In this document: piece after piece, positions 9,389-21,170 of the stretch
Layout: each line of letters opens with the position of its first letter
Position numbering within the stretch: position 1 is the stretch's first letter
The notes under the pieces: model-generated
The model's input: the letters and a program-made list of their open reading frames with translations, nothing else
Database searches by the model: none
Told to the model about the DNA's origin: nothing
Translations under genes and position numbers: made by a program
NCBI GenBank assembly: GCA_007126655.1
Contig: SLAV01000084.1
Location: 1 to 60,452, forward strand
Length of the DNA: 60,452 nucleotides
Direction of reading: 5' to 3'
Source: Haloferula sp.
GTDB taxonomy: Bacteria > Verrucomicrobiota > Verrucomicrobiia > Verrucomicrobiales > Akkermansiaceae

Positions 9389-10597
9389 TCAGGGATTGGT
9401 TTCGTCCTCGACGTGACCGTGAAGAATCTCCCACCATGGCTGGCCGTCATGTTCATCAAGCTGCGCGGCGATATCCATGAATTCCTCCTGAATGCCCGGC
9501 CCATTGAGACGGGCCTTCATGTTCTTCGGCACCGCGTCCGACATCATCACCATCGGCAGACCGGAAATTTGCCAGACAATCGCCCATTTCCGGAGGTAAT
9601 CCGCGGCATCGAAAGGACCGTTGGCGACGAACATTCCGGGGATTTCAAGTTCGAACAATCCTGCCTCCATGATGAGCAATGGCACAAAGGGGTTTCGGCG
9701 GGCCGCCTCACGGACGAGTTGTTTCGCATCATCAAATTCGGGGCCAAGCGAGTTCAGGTAGTCACGGGGGCTTGAGTATTCGTCTGAAATATCGCTTTCA
9801 GGCGGCTCATACCCGGTCCCATCCATCGCGCGCACGATCGCAAGAAGCGCGCGGCCCCATGCCATCGCGGTGCTGTTGTCGCCGGGGTAGAGATCAATCA
9901 AGTCCTGAGCTTCATCGAGCCGCCGCCGCACCATGAGTGCGCACAACAGGTGGCCGCGCACGCCTTGGTTGTCGCGCGGGTTCCAGGTGAGGCATTTGCG
10001 GTATGCGGCCTCGGCCTCGTCGAATTCGCCCCGCCGCTCCTCGTGCAATTTCCCCTTGTTGAACATCAGCCGCAGTAAATCGCGCGCGGGGATATGCCCC
10101 CAGAGACCGAGTTCATCGTCGATCGAGTCGATCTTTTCCGCGAAGAATTCCCTGCCGAAGCCGATGCCCGCGTCGGTCAATTCCAGCGCCTTGTCATCGT
10201 CCGGCTCGTTGACCGCGAGCGCAAGCCACCCGGTGAGGCAGTCGGGCGAGAGCCGGATGGCTTTGCGGGCGGCGTCGATCAGTTCCTCCGTGGTGGTTCC
10301 GTCCGGCAGGTCTTCGATGATGCGGTTGGCTCTCTCCAGTTCATCCGGCGGGTCGATTTCGTCGGCGATGCGGACGAGTTCTTCCGGCTGCCTGGTTAGG
10401 ATTTCGTTCTCGAAGTAAGCCTGCATTTCCTCTTCCGATCCGAAGTCCTTGAGACTCAGGATGCGGTCGATGTGTTTCAGTGACGTTTCCGCGGTCCGCG
10501 TCCGGTCGATGATTTCCGGCTCTTCGGTGGTGTTGCCGCGCACGCTTTTGTTTTTTCCGAATCCGCCGCTGCCCGGCTTTTTCTTCCGCTTTGCCAT
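9389..10597 (-). CDS. Acidic TPR-like hypothetical protein
   Basis: Long ORF with a basic N-terminus (MAKRKKK), helical repeats and the WNPRDNQGVR motif typical of a TPR-like family. Confidence 0.7.
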   Translation of the reverse strand: MAKRKKKPGSGGFGKNKSVRGNTTEEPEIIDRTRTAETSLKHIDRILSLKDFGSEEEMQAYFENEILTRQPEELVRIADEIDPPDELERANRIIEDLPDGTTTEELIDAARKAIRLSPDCLTGWLALAVNEPDDDKALELTDAGIGFGREFFAEKIDSIDDELGLWGHIPARDLLRLMFNKGKLHEERRGEFDEAEAAYRKCLTWNPRDNQGVRGHLLCALMVRRRLDEAQDLIDLYPGDNSTAMAWGRALLAIVRAMDGTGYEPPESDISDEYSSPRDYLNSLGPEFDDAKQLVREAARRNPFVPLLIMEAGLFELEIPGMFVANGPFDAADYLRKWAIVWQISGLPMVMMSDAVPKNMKARLNGPGIQEEFMDIAAQLDEHDGQPWWEILHGHVEDETNP

Positions 10598-10955
10598 GTG
10601 GCAATGCAACCGTGCCGCGGCGGGGTGAGTCAATGACCGATGCAAACCACGGCACATGCATTTATCGAAGGACGATGAGGGGCCTTGAGGTAATCAAGAT
10701 GTTTTTGGGACCACGGGTTGGGTTTTCACAGCGCGAGCAGTCTGAGCTGGCTTGAGGGTGGCGTCGGAGAGGAGGTTATGAGGAACGCGTGGCGACTCGT
10801 TATGGATTTTGGCTGGATGTGGATTGTTTCAGGAAAGATGTCTGTGCCACTGACTTCCGGACAGGATGGCACTGTGGCCCGGGAGGCTTTTTCCCGTGGC
10901 CCGCCCGCGCTTCAGGATTGATCCGGCGCGGCTGTCGCGGCTAGGTTGTGGCGTC

Positions 10956-11237
10956 ATGAAAGTTACCGATGCCGAAGCCGCCGCCTCGCTCAAGGCGATG
11001 CAGGACGACATCTACCGCGAGAAAATCCTCCGCGCGCGGGAAATGACGCCGGAACAGCGCCTCGCCGATGTGTTCGAGCTTTCGAATCATCAGCTCGGCA
11101 TGATGCACGGCGGCGCGATGCACCGCCTCGGCACGACGAACCCACGGAAAGGCTGGGAGGAGCTGGACCGCTGGATGGAGCGGCTCGACCGCGTCCGGGA
11201 GCACCGCTTTTACACCACCGAAAGGAGGCGTGCTTGA
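10956..11237 (+). CDS. Small putative antitoxin (MenA1-like)
   Basis: 93 aa with MTPEQRLADVFELSN helix; its stop overlaps the next start (TTGA). Confidence 0.65.
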   Translation: MKVTDAEAAASLKAMQDDIYREKILRAREMTPEQRLADVFELSNHQLGMMHGGAMHRLGTTNPRKGWEELDRWMERLDRVREHRFYTTERRRA

Positions 11238-11800
11238 AGCTGGAGGAGCTGGCGGTGCGGGTAATCGAGGCCGCCGAGGCGGAGGGCGTCGATTTCATGG
11301 GCGTCGGCGCGATCGCGGCGGGCGCGTACGGCGTGCCACGATCAACCCGCGACATCGATCTGCTGGTGAGCGTGGAAGTTCCGGGCAATGTTTCCGCGTT
11401 GATCCGCCGGCTTTCCGATCTGGTGCGGTTCGACGGGCAGGTGACCTTCGACACGATCACCTGGGGACGGCGGCATGTCGGCAAAAGCCAGTCCGCTCCC
11501 TCGTTCAAGGTGGAGTTGTTCGAGACGTTCGACGATCCATTTGTGCGCTCCGAATTTTCCCGGCGGCAACGGATATTCGTTCCGATTCTCCAACGCCAGA
11601 CGTGGCTCCCCACGCCGGAGGACGTAGTGGTGCAGAAGCTGCGCTGGGGGCGCCCGAAGGATCTCGACGACGCGCGCGACGTGCTCGCCGTACAGGGGCC
11701 GGAGACGCTCGACATGGGATACATCCGGGAATGGTGCGGCGGCCACGGCACGCTCGACCGCCTGGAAGCCGCGCTGGACGGCATCCCGCCGCTCGACTGA
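11234..11800 (+). CDS. Nucleotidyltransferase, AbiEii/DUF1814/DUF6036-like putative toxin
   Basis: TTG start after AAGGAGG; GAIAAGAYGVPRSTRDIDL and KLRWGRPKDLDD motifs; 188 aa. Confidence 0.8.
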   Translation: MKLEELAVRVIEAAEAEGVDFMGVGAIAAGAYGVPRSTRDIDLLVSVEVPGNVSALIRRLSDLVRFDGQVTFDTITWGRRHVGKSQSAPSFKVELFETFDDPFVRSEFSRRQRIFVPILQRQTWLPTPEDVVVQKLRWGRPKDLDDARDVLAVQGPETLDMGYIREWCGGHGTLDRLEAALDGIPPLD

Positions 11801-11930
11801 GCGCGCGTTGCGAAAATCGGACCCTCCGGGGCGATTTTGGGTGGAAATCGGCGAAGTTCGGGGTAAGCAACTGCCGCCGCGCGCCGGAAAGCGCCCGCGA
11901 TAACCTGTTTCCGCCCGTGTTTCTCCCGTC

Positions 11931-14224
<2,294 letters not shown>

Positions 14225-14228
<4 letters not shown>

Positions 14229-14701
14229 TCCGCGATCCCGATCACTCGCCGATCCTCACGGCCGCCGCCGCGGTGCTCGCTCCGGTGATGTTCGTGATGT
14301 CGATCATCCTGTTGTGGCGCGGCCACAACCTGCCGGGCGGCGGGTTCATCGGCGGGCTCACCGCCGCGGGCGCGGTGCTGCTGCACGCGTTCGGCAACGG
14401 CCCGGAAGCCTCGCTGAAGCTGCTCGCCAACCCGATCCGCTGGATGGTCGTCGGCTCGGCGATGGCCGGGCTGGCGGCGGTGGCCGGCTGGGTCGTCGAG
14501 GGGGTGTTTTTCGCCGGGGTGTGGCTGCCGGAGTTCAGCCTGCCGGGGCTAGGGACGATCCATCTCGGATCGTTCCTGCCGTTCGACATCGGGATCTACC
14601 TGGCGGTGACCGGGTTCGTGGTCCACTGCGCCCGCGCGCTCGACGAGGACTACGAACGCTCCGACGCGGAGGAACGAAGGGACAAGGAGGAGGAAAGCTG
14701 A
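14225..14701 (+). CDS. mrpB: Na+/H+ antiporter subunit B
   Basis: RGHNLPGGGFIGGL, FDIGIYLAV; ATGA overlap with mrpA. Confidence 0.93.
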
Positions 14702-14703
14702 CC

Positions 14704-15053
14704 ATGGAATTCTGGATGGCCATATTCATCGGCGTGCTCGTCGCGGGGGCGGTCTTCTCGCTGCTGCGCCGCAGCGTGTTCCGCCTGGTGATCGGCGTGA
14801 TGCTGCTCTCCCAGGCCGCGAACCTGATGGTCTTCACCACCGCCGGGCTGCGCACCGGGCAATCCGGCATCATCCCCGCGGACGAGACCGTGCTTTCCGC
14901 CGCCGCCGCCGACCCGCTGCCCCAGGCGCTCGTGCTCACCGCCATCGTCATCGGCTTCGGCATGCTCGCCTTCGCCATCGCCCTGGTTTACCGCGCCACC
15001 CGGGCGATCCGGTCGCACGATCTCAACGACTACAAAACGACCGACTCGGAACT

Positions 15054-15057
<4 letters not shown>
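14704..15057 (+). CDS. mrpC: Na+/H+ antiporter subunit C
   Basis: DPLPQALVLTAIVIGF. Confidence 0.95.
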
Positions 15058-16555
<1,498 letters not shown>

Positions 16556-16559
<4 letters not shown>

Positions 16560-16885
16560 AGTGGATTCTTGATTTCGTCTGCTTCGCCCTGTTCTACGTC
16601 AGGGAGGTCGTCACCGCGAACCTCTACATCGCCATGGACATCATGCGGCCGAAGTCGCACGCCAGCCCCGGCTTCATCGAGCTGCCGCTCGGCCCCATGA
16701 GCAACATGCAGATCCTGCTGCTCACCAACCTCATCAGCATGACGCCCGGCACGCTTTCCTTCGATCTCTCGCACGACCGCCGCCGCCTGCTCATCCACGC
16801 CATGTACCTCCGCGGCCGACCCGATGAAACCCGCGACCACCTCGTCGAACGCTACGTCAAGGTCATCCAACGCCTCTTCGGCTGA
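16556..16885 (+). CDS. mrpE: Na+/H+ antiporter subunit E
   Basis: LISMTPGTLS...LLIHAM; ATGA overlap with mrpD. Confidence 0.92.
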
Positions 16886-16903
16886 TTTTTCCCGCACCCC
16901 GCC

Positions 16904-17179
16904 ATGAACGACCTGCCCGCCACCGCCCTGCTCCTCGCCAAGGTTTTCCTTGTCGCCGCGCTGATCGTCGGCTCGGTGCGCCTGTTCCGCGGGCCGACGC
17001 TGCCCGACCGCGTGATCGCGCTCGACCTCATCGCCGGCATCGTCTTCTCGTTCGCCGTGATCGTGGCCATCGAATCGGACGAGTCCCTGTTTCTCGATGT
17101 GGCCTTCGCCATCGCCGTGATCACCTTTCTCGGCACCGTGGCGATCGCCCGCCTGATGGAAAGGAGCGCCAAGTCATGA
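16904..17179 (+). CDS. mrpF: Na+/H+ antiporter subunit F
   Basis: RGPTLPDRVIALD. Confidence 0.94.
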   Translation: MNDLPATALLLAKVFLVAALIVGSVRLFRGPTLPDRVIALDLIAGIVFSFAVIVAIESDESLFLDVAFAIAVITFLGTVAIARLMERSAKS

Positions 17180-17502
17180 CCGAGATCCTGTTGTCCGTCT
17201 TCGTCGTCATCGGTAGCGTGTTCGTGCTGCTCGCCTCCGTCGGCGTCATGCGCTTCCGCGACGCCTACCAGCGGATGCACGCCGCCACCAAGGCCGGCGC
17301 CTTCGGCGGGGCGATCCTCGCCCTCTCCGCCGGCGTCCACTTCGGCGAGCCGATGGTGTGGGTGAAGGTGGCACTGATGATCGCCTTCTTCTACAGCACC
17401 ATGCCCGTGGCCGCGCACCTCATCGCCCGCGCCGGCCGCCACGCCGGCGTGAAACCCGTTCCCGAAACCGACTCGAAACGCCTCGACGAATTCGAGAGGT
17501 GA
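17176..17502 (+). CDS. mrpG: Na+/H+ antiporter subunit G
   Basis: RFRDAYQRMHAATKA, PVAAHLIARA. Confidence 0.94.
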   Translation: MTEILLSVFVVIGSVFVLLASVGVMRFRDAYQRMHAATKAGAFGGAILALSAGVHFGEPMVWVKVALMIAFFYSTMPVAAHLIARAGRHAGVKPVPETDSKRLDEFER

Positions 17503-17561
17503 TCACGGGAGAAAAGAAGCTGCCACGCCCGCAGCCGGTCCCGGGGAAACCACCCGGATTG

Positions 17562-17588
17562 GCCACAAAAGGCACAAGAATCACAAAA
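17562..17588 (+). repeat. Three-unit 9-bp tandem repeat
   Basis: gccacaaaa ggcacaaga atcacaaaa. Confidence 0.7.
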
Positions 17589-17597
17589 TCAAGTGCG

Positions 17598-17620
17598 GTG
17601 GCTGGCGCGTCCCGCACCAG
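17598..17620 (+). repeat. REP-like hairpin (GTGG-type)
   Basis: GTGG + ctggcgcg-tcc-cgcaccag. Confidence 0.5.
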
Positions 17621-17712
17621 GCCGTCCCCGGAGAATCCTGCTCCGTGGAGAATACTGCTCCGGATCTCTTCCCTATCCAGCCTCGTCGATCTCGACCCCA
17701 CGCCATGCGGGA

Positions 17713-17803
17713 CCCTGAACTTCGAACTCGGACCTCCGTCCTCGGAACTCGGACCTTGGACCTTGGAAATCCGCCCACCTATCACCGATCACGGATCACT
17801 CAC
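17713..17803 (+). repeat. Degenerate heptamer tandem array (13 units in register)
   Basis: ccctgaa cttcgaa ctcggac ctccgtc ctcggaa ctcggac cttggac cttggaa atccgcc cacctat caccgat cacggat cactcac. Confidence 0.8.
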
Positions 17804-17939
17804 ACCCATTTGCCCTTCCCCGCCGCCCCCGCCGTCTCATCCTCACTCCCCCCCAACGACTCTGGGGGACGCCATCGAACGGCTCTACGCCCTCAAGGTT
17901 GACACGACCACACGCGACGGCGACGGCACCCCGCACGAT

Positions 17940-18935
17940 ACTCATTTCTTCAATTTCAGCTTTTTGGTATTTCAGGGTCGCCCGTCGTTTTCTGTGCCTG
18001 CGCGCGATATTGCGATACACATCCCCGGGCCTGACGTCGCCTCTCGGCAGCAAAAGACGCAAAGCATTTCGACGACGTCGGTGTAGCTGAGCAGCTCCAC
18101 CTGCTTCTGGTTGACCTTGCGCTCCCTCATCATGAACAGCATGGCCAACATGCCCATCGACATGTGACTCCCTTGCGACCTGGTTCTCTTCGTCCCCCAT
18201 CCAGACCCGGCGGCGACTCGCGCAAACCTCCACGTTTCCCTTGGTGCCCTACCGAACGCGGATCCTGCGCCATTTCCTGATGTCCTCGCGATCAAAAAGC
18301 CGGTCGATCCTGACGGGCCGGGAGTCCAGGCGTGGCTTCGTCGGTCTGCGACCCCTCGATCCAACCCGCTCCGGCAGCCGGGGGCGGGGTTCCATGGTGT
18401 GGACACTCTGGTTGCTCCGCACGTCCGCGACGTATCGCTTGCCGGGGTCGTCAATGGCATGGAGCAGCCAGGGTGCCGAGCCATACAGGGAGTCGACCGC
18501 CACCCAGCCGAAGTGCATTCCGCGGTCCGCGGCGGATTGGATCATCTCCCAGGCCAGTTGCGTCTTCGAACGGTATTGGCACTCCTTTTCTGGAATCCGG
18601 GCCGCCTTGCAGCATCCGGCGTCCGAAGTCCACGTCTCGGGAAGGTAAAGCCGCTTGTCCACCAGCGCGGAGTGGCTTCCATCGGTCAACGCGGCAAATA
18701 CGCCAACCTGGCAGTAGTCCACCTTGCCCAGCCGCCCGTTCCATTGCCTCGCCACTTCGCCGCGATTCGTTCGACCAATGATTCGTGGTCCCAAGGGCGA
18801 ATCCGAGATGAACTGCGTTGGGGGCGTGAGACAGGAAACCGGCTATGGCAGTTCATTGCCGAGGATTTGCAATTTTTGTATCGGCCGAGACAAGGATTGC
18901 GTGATGCTTCAAGTGCGTCCGTTTCTTTCTTGAAG
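17940..18935 (-). mobile_element. Degraded IS701-family transposase remnant (ends approximate)
   Basis: ARQWNGRLGKVDYCQVGV, RLYLPETW, WVAVDSLYG in 18249-18794; C-terminal-like HMSMGMLAMLFMMRER in another frame; fragmented. Confidence 0.85.
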
Positions 18936-18969
18936 GACAATTATTGTCGCGATCGCGACAATAATTGTC
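18936..18969. repeat. Perfect 34-bp palindrome
   Basis: gacaattattgtcgcga|tcgcgacaataattgtc. Confidence 0.95.
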
Positions 18970-19180
18970 TCAAAGGAAGATGAGAAGCCAATGGCTGCCG
19001 CATGGCTTGCCAGGGCTGGTGGAGAAGCCGTTGAGTTCGTCGCATTGGAATCCCGCGCTGTAGCGCGACGCGCCTTTGGCGGTCATTCCGTGGAATGGTT
19101 GGAAGAACCGGTCGTCGCGGGTCGAGAGCTCGAACCGCCGATGGGCGGACAACGACGGGACGAACTTTTCCCCGAAAACG

Positions 19181-19203
19181 AAGGAGTCGGAGACTCCTGC
19201 TAC
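19181..19203 (-). repeat. REP-like hairpin (GTAG-type)
   Basis: Minus strand reads GTAG c aggagtc-tcc-gactcct. Confidence 0.55.
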
Positions 19204-19228
19204 GGGGAAGTTCGCAGGGAGTGATAAA

Positions 19229-19285
19229 CTCTGAACTTTTGAACTCTGAAATCTGAAATCTGAACTCCGAATTCTGAATTCTGAA
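19229..19285 (+). repeat. Heptamer tandem array (8 units, one of 8 bp)
   Basis: ctctgaa cttttgaa ctctgaa atctgaa atctgaa ctccgaa ttctgaa ttctgaa; abuts the sulfatase stop codon. Confidence 0.85.
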
Positions 19286-19286
19286 T

Positions 19287-20672
19287 TCAGGGTCCGTCGA
19301 GGCCGGGGAAGGGGAAGTTTTCGCAGGGGACTCGGGCGGCGTCCATTTTGGCGGTGAGTTTTTCGACGAGATCGGGGTGTTCGGCGGCGAGGTTGTTGGT
19401 TTCACCGATGTCTTCGGCGAGGTTGTAGAGTTCGACGGGGCCGCGGTTTTCGGGGTCGTTGACGCGGTATTCGACGGCTTTCCAGTCGCCCATGCGGATG
19501 GCGCGGCGGCCGCCGGCTTCGTTGAGTTCCCAGTAGAGGAATTCGTGTTCGGCTTGTTCGCCGCTGCCCTTGAGGGTGGGGAGGAAGGAGAGGCCGTGGA
19601 TGTCTTCGGGGACGGGGATGCCGGCGATTTCGCAGGCGGTGGGCAGGAAGTCCCAGAAGGCGGAGGGGTGGGAGGATTCGCGGCCCGGCTCGATGACGCC
19701 TGGCCATACGGCGATGAAGGGGACGCGGATGCCGCCTTCGTAGAAGTCGCGCTTGTGGCCGCGGAGGGGGCCGTTGGAGTTGAGCATGTCGGGGTGGTAG
19801 CCGCCCTCGGCGTGGGGGCCGTTATCGGAGGTGAAGATGACGAGGGTGTTCTCGAGCTGGCCGGTTTCGCGGAGCTTGGCGGTGATGGCGGCGACGGATT
19901 CGTCGATGCGGGTCATGAGGCCGGCGTAGGATGCCTTGGGTTCGGCGACGAAGGTGTAGTGGGGTTGTGTTTCGGGTTCGGGCCGCGGGGTTTCGGACGG
20001 GATGGTATCGCGGACACGATCCATGGATTCCTCGGGCACGTTGATGGCGGCGTGGGGCACGGTGAGCGAGAGGACGAGGAAGAACGGGTCGTCGTTGCCG
20101 GCTTGCTCAGTGAGATAGGCGAGGGTTTTCCCGGTGTGGATGTCGAGGTCGTAATCGGAGCCGTGGTGCAGGTGGTTGTCGGGAAACATCACCTTGGTGG
20201 TGTTCTCATACATGAATCGCGGGTAGCGGTGGTGGCCATCGACGTGGTGGGTGGTGCCGAAGAAGTATTCGAATCCGTGCTCGGCGAGGGTTTCGGGCGT
20301 CTGTGTGTTGCCGGTGACGCAGGATTTCCCGATGAGGGCGGTGCGATAGCCGGCCTGCTTGAGCAGGGTGGCTACGGTGGTGTCGGTGGGCAGGAGTTTG
20401 AACTCGCCGTTGCCGCGCAGTGTGAGGTGGCCGGGGCGGCGACCGGTCATGAGCGAGTCGCGAGCGGGCGCGCAGACCGTGTTGCCGGAGTAGTGATCGG
20501 TGAAGCGGATGCCGTTTTCGGCGAGGGTGTCGATGGCGGGGGTTTCGAAATACGTTTGGCCGTAGGAGGATAGATCGCCATAGCCGAGGTCGTCGGCGAG
20601 GATGAAAAGGATGTTGGGTTTTCCGGCGATGGCGGAGCCGGCCAGCAGTGAGGCGAATAGCAGGGGTTTCAT
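19287..20672 (-). CDS. Secreted arylsulfatase (S1, Cys-type)
   Basis: Signal peptide, PNILFILADDLGYGD, CAPARDSLMTG, FTSDNG, YEGGIRVP. Confidence 0.95.
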   Translation of the reverse strand: MKPLLFASLLAGSAIAGKPNILFILADDLGYGDLSSYGQTYFETPAIDTLAENGIRFTDHYSGNTVCAPARDSLMTGRRPGHLTLRGNGEFKLLPTDTTVATLLKQAGYRTALIGKSCVTGNTQTPETLAEHGFEYFFGTTHHVDGHHRYPRFMYENTTKVMFPDNHLHHGSDYDLDIHTGKTLAYLTEQAGNDDPFFLVLSLTVPHAAINVPEESMDRVRDTIPSETPRPEPETQPHYTFVAEPKASYAGLMTRIDESVAAITAKLRETGQLENTLVIFTSDNGPHAEGGYHPDMLNSNGPLRGHKRDFYEGGIRVPFIAVWPGVIEPGRESSHPSAFWDFLPTACEIAGIPVPEDIHGLSFLPTLKGSGEQAEHEFLYWELNEAGGRRAIRMGDWKAVEYRVNDPENRGPVELYNLAEDIGETNNLAAEHPDLVEKLTAKMDAARVPCENFPFPGLDGP

Positions 20673-20751
20673 GAGGCGGTGGCGTGGGTTTGGCTTTCAG
20701 CCAGGGGTTTGGCGGCTGGGAACCGCCGGGTGGCGGAGGTGGGCAAACTGT

Positions 20752-20791
20752 AAAAAAATCGCCCGGTTACGCGAGGCTGTCGCGTCCGGGC
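20752..20791 (-). terminator. Intrinsic terminator after the small lipoprotein gene
   Basis: gcccgg/acgcga...tcgcgt/ccgggc stem with an A7 run (U tract on minus strand). Confidence 0.65.
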
Positions 20792-20826
20792 TGGGTTTGA
20801 GAATGAAGATTTCCGCCGGAGTGCGC

Positions 20827-21003
20827 TTATTTGGTGGCACGGATCGGGGCGGGGGTGTGTTCCGGCGGCGCTGTGGCCTGCGGAATTTCCTGGAATGAGG
20901 GAAGCGAGCGAAGGCCGACCGGTTCGGTGTCGCTGGTGCAGCAGCATGATGCGATTGCGAATGTGAAGGCGGCGGCGGCGAGGGTTGTCAGAATGCGGGT
21001 CAT
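20827..21003 (-). CDS. Small putative lipoprotein (58 aa)
   Basis: MTRILTTLAAAAFTFAIASCCC lipobox-like signal; own terminator downstream. Confidence 0.6.
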   Translation of the reverse strand: MTRILTTLAAAAFTFAIASCCCTSDTEPVGLRSLPSFQEIPQATAPPEHTPAPIRATK

Positions 21004-21170
21004 GGTGATGCGGATGGGATTTTGGGAATGGATTGCCCGCATGACAGCGGCGCTGCCATGATTTTAGCGGAGCGTGTGATTGCGCGTAAAGCGCGAATCT
21101 CGCGGGTGGAGAATTATTTTTCCGCCGGGTTTCGGTCGTCAAGGCCGGTCGGGAGGGATACATTGAGGGC

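Noticed and set aside
10725-10850. Minus-strand frame ending ...PPSSQLRLLAL*, reminiscent of a transposase C-terminal clamp-binding tail
   Set aside because: Too short, with no catalytic motif or terminal repeat to support it
18970-19224. Short ORFs between the palindrome and the REP-like hairpin as a RAYT fragment
   Set aside because: No HUH or other recognisable motif in any frame
17713-19285. CRISPR array interpretation of the repeats
   Set aside because: The units are 7-9 bp and tandem, with no unique spacers and no cas genes
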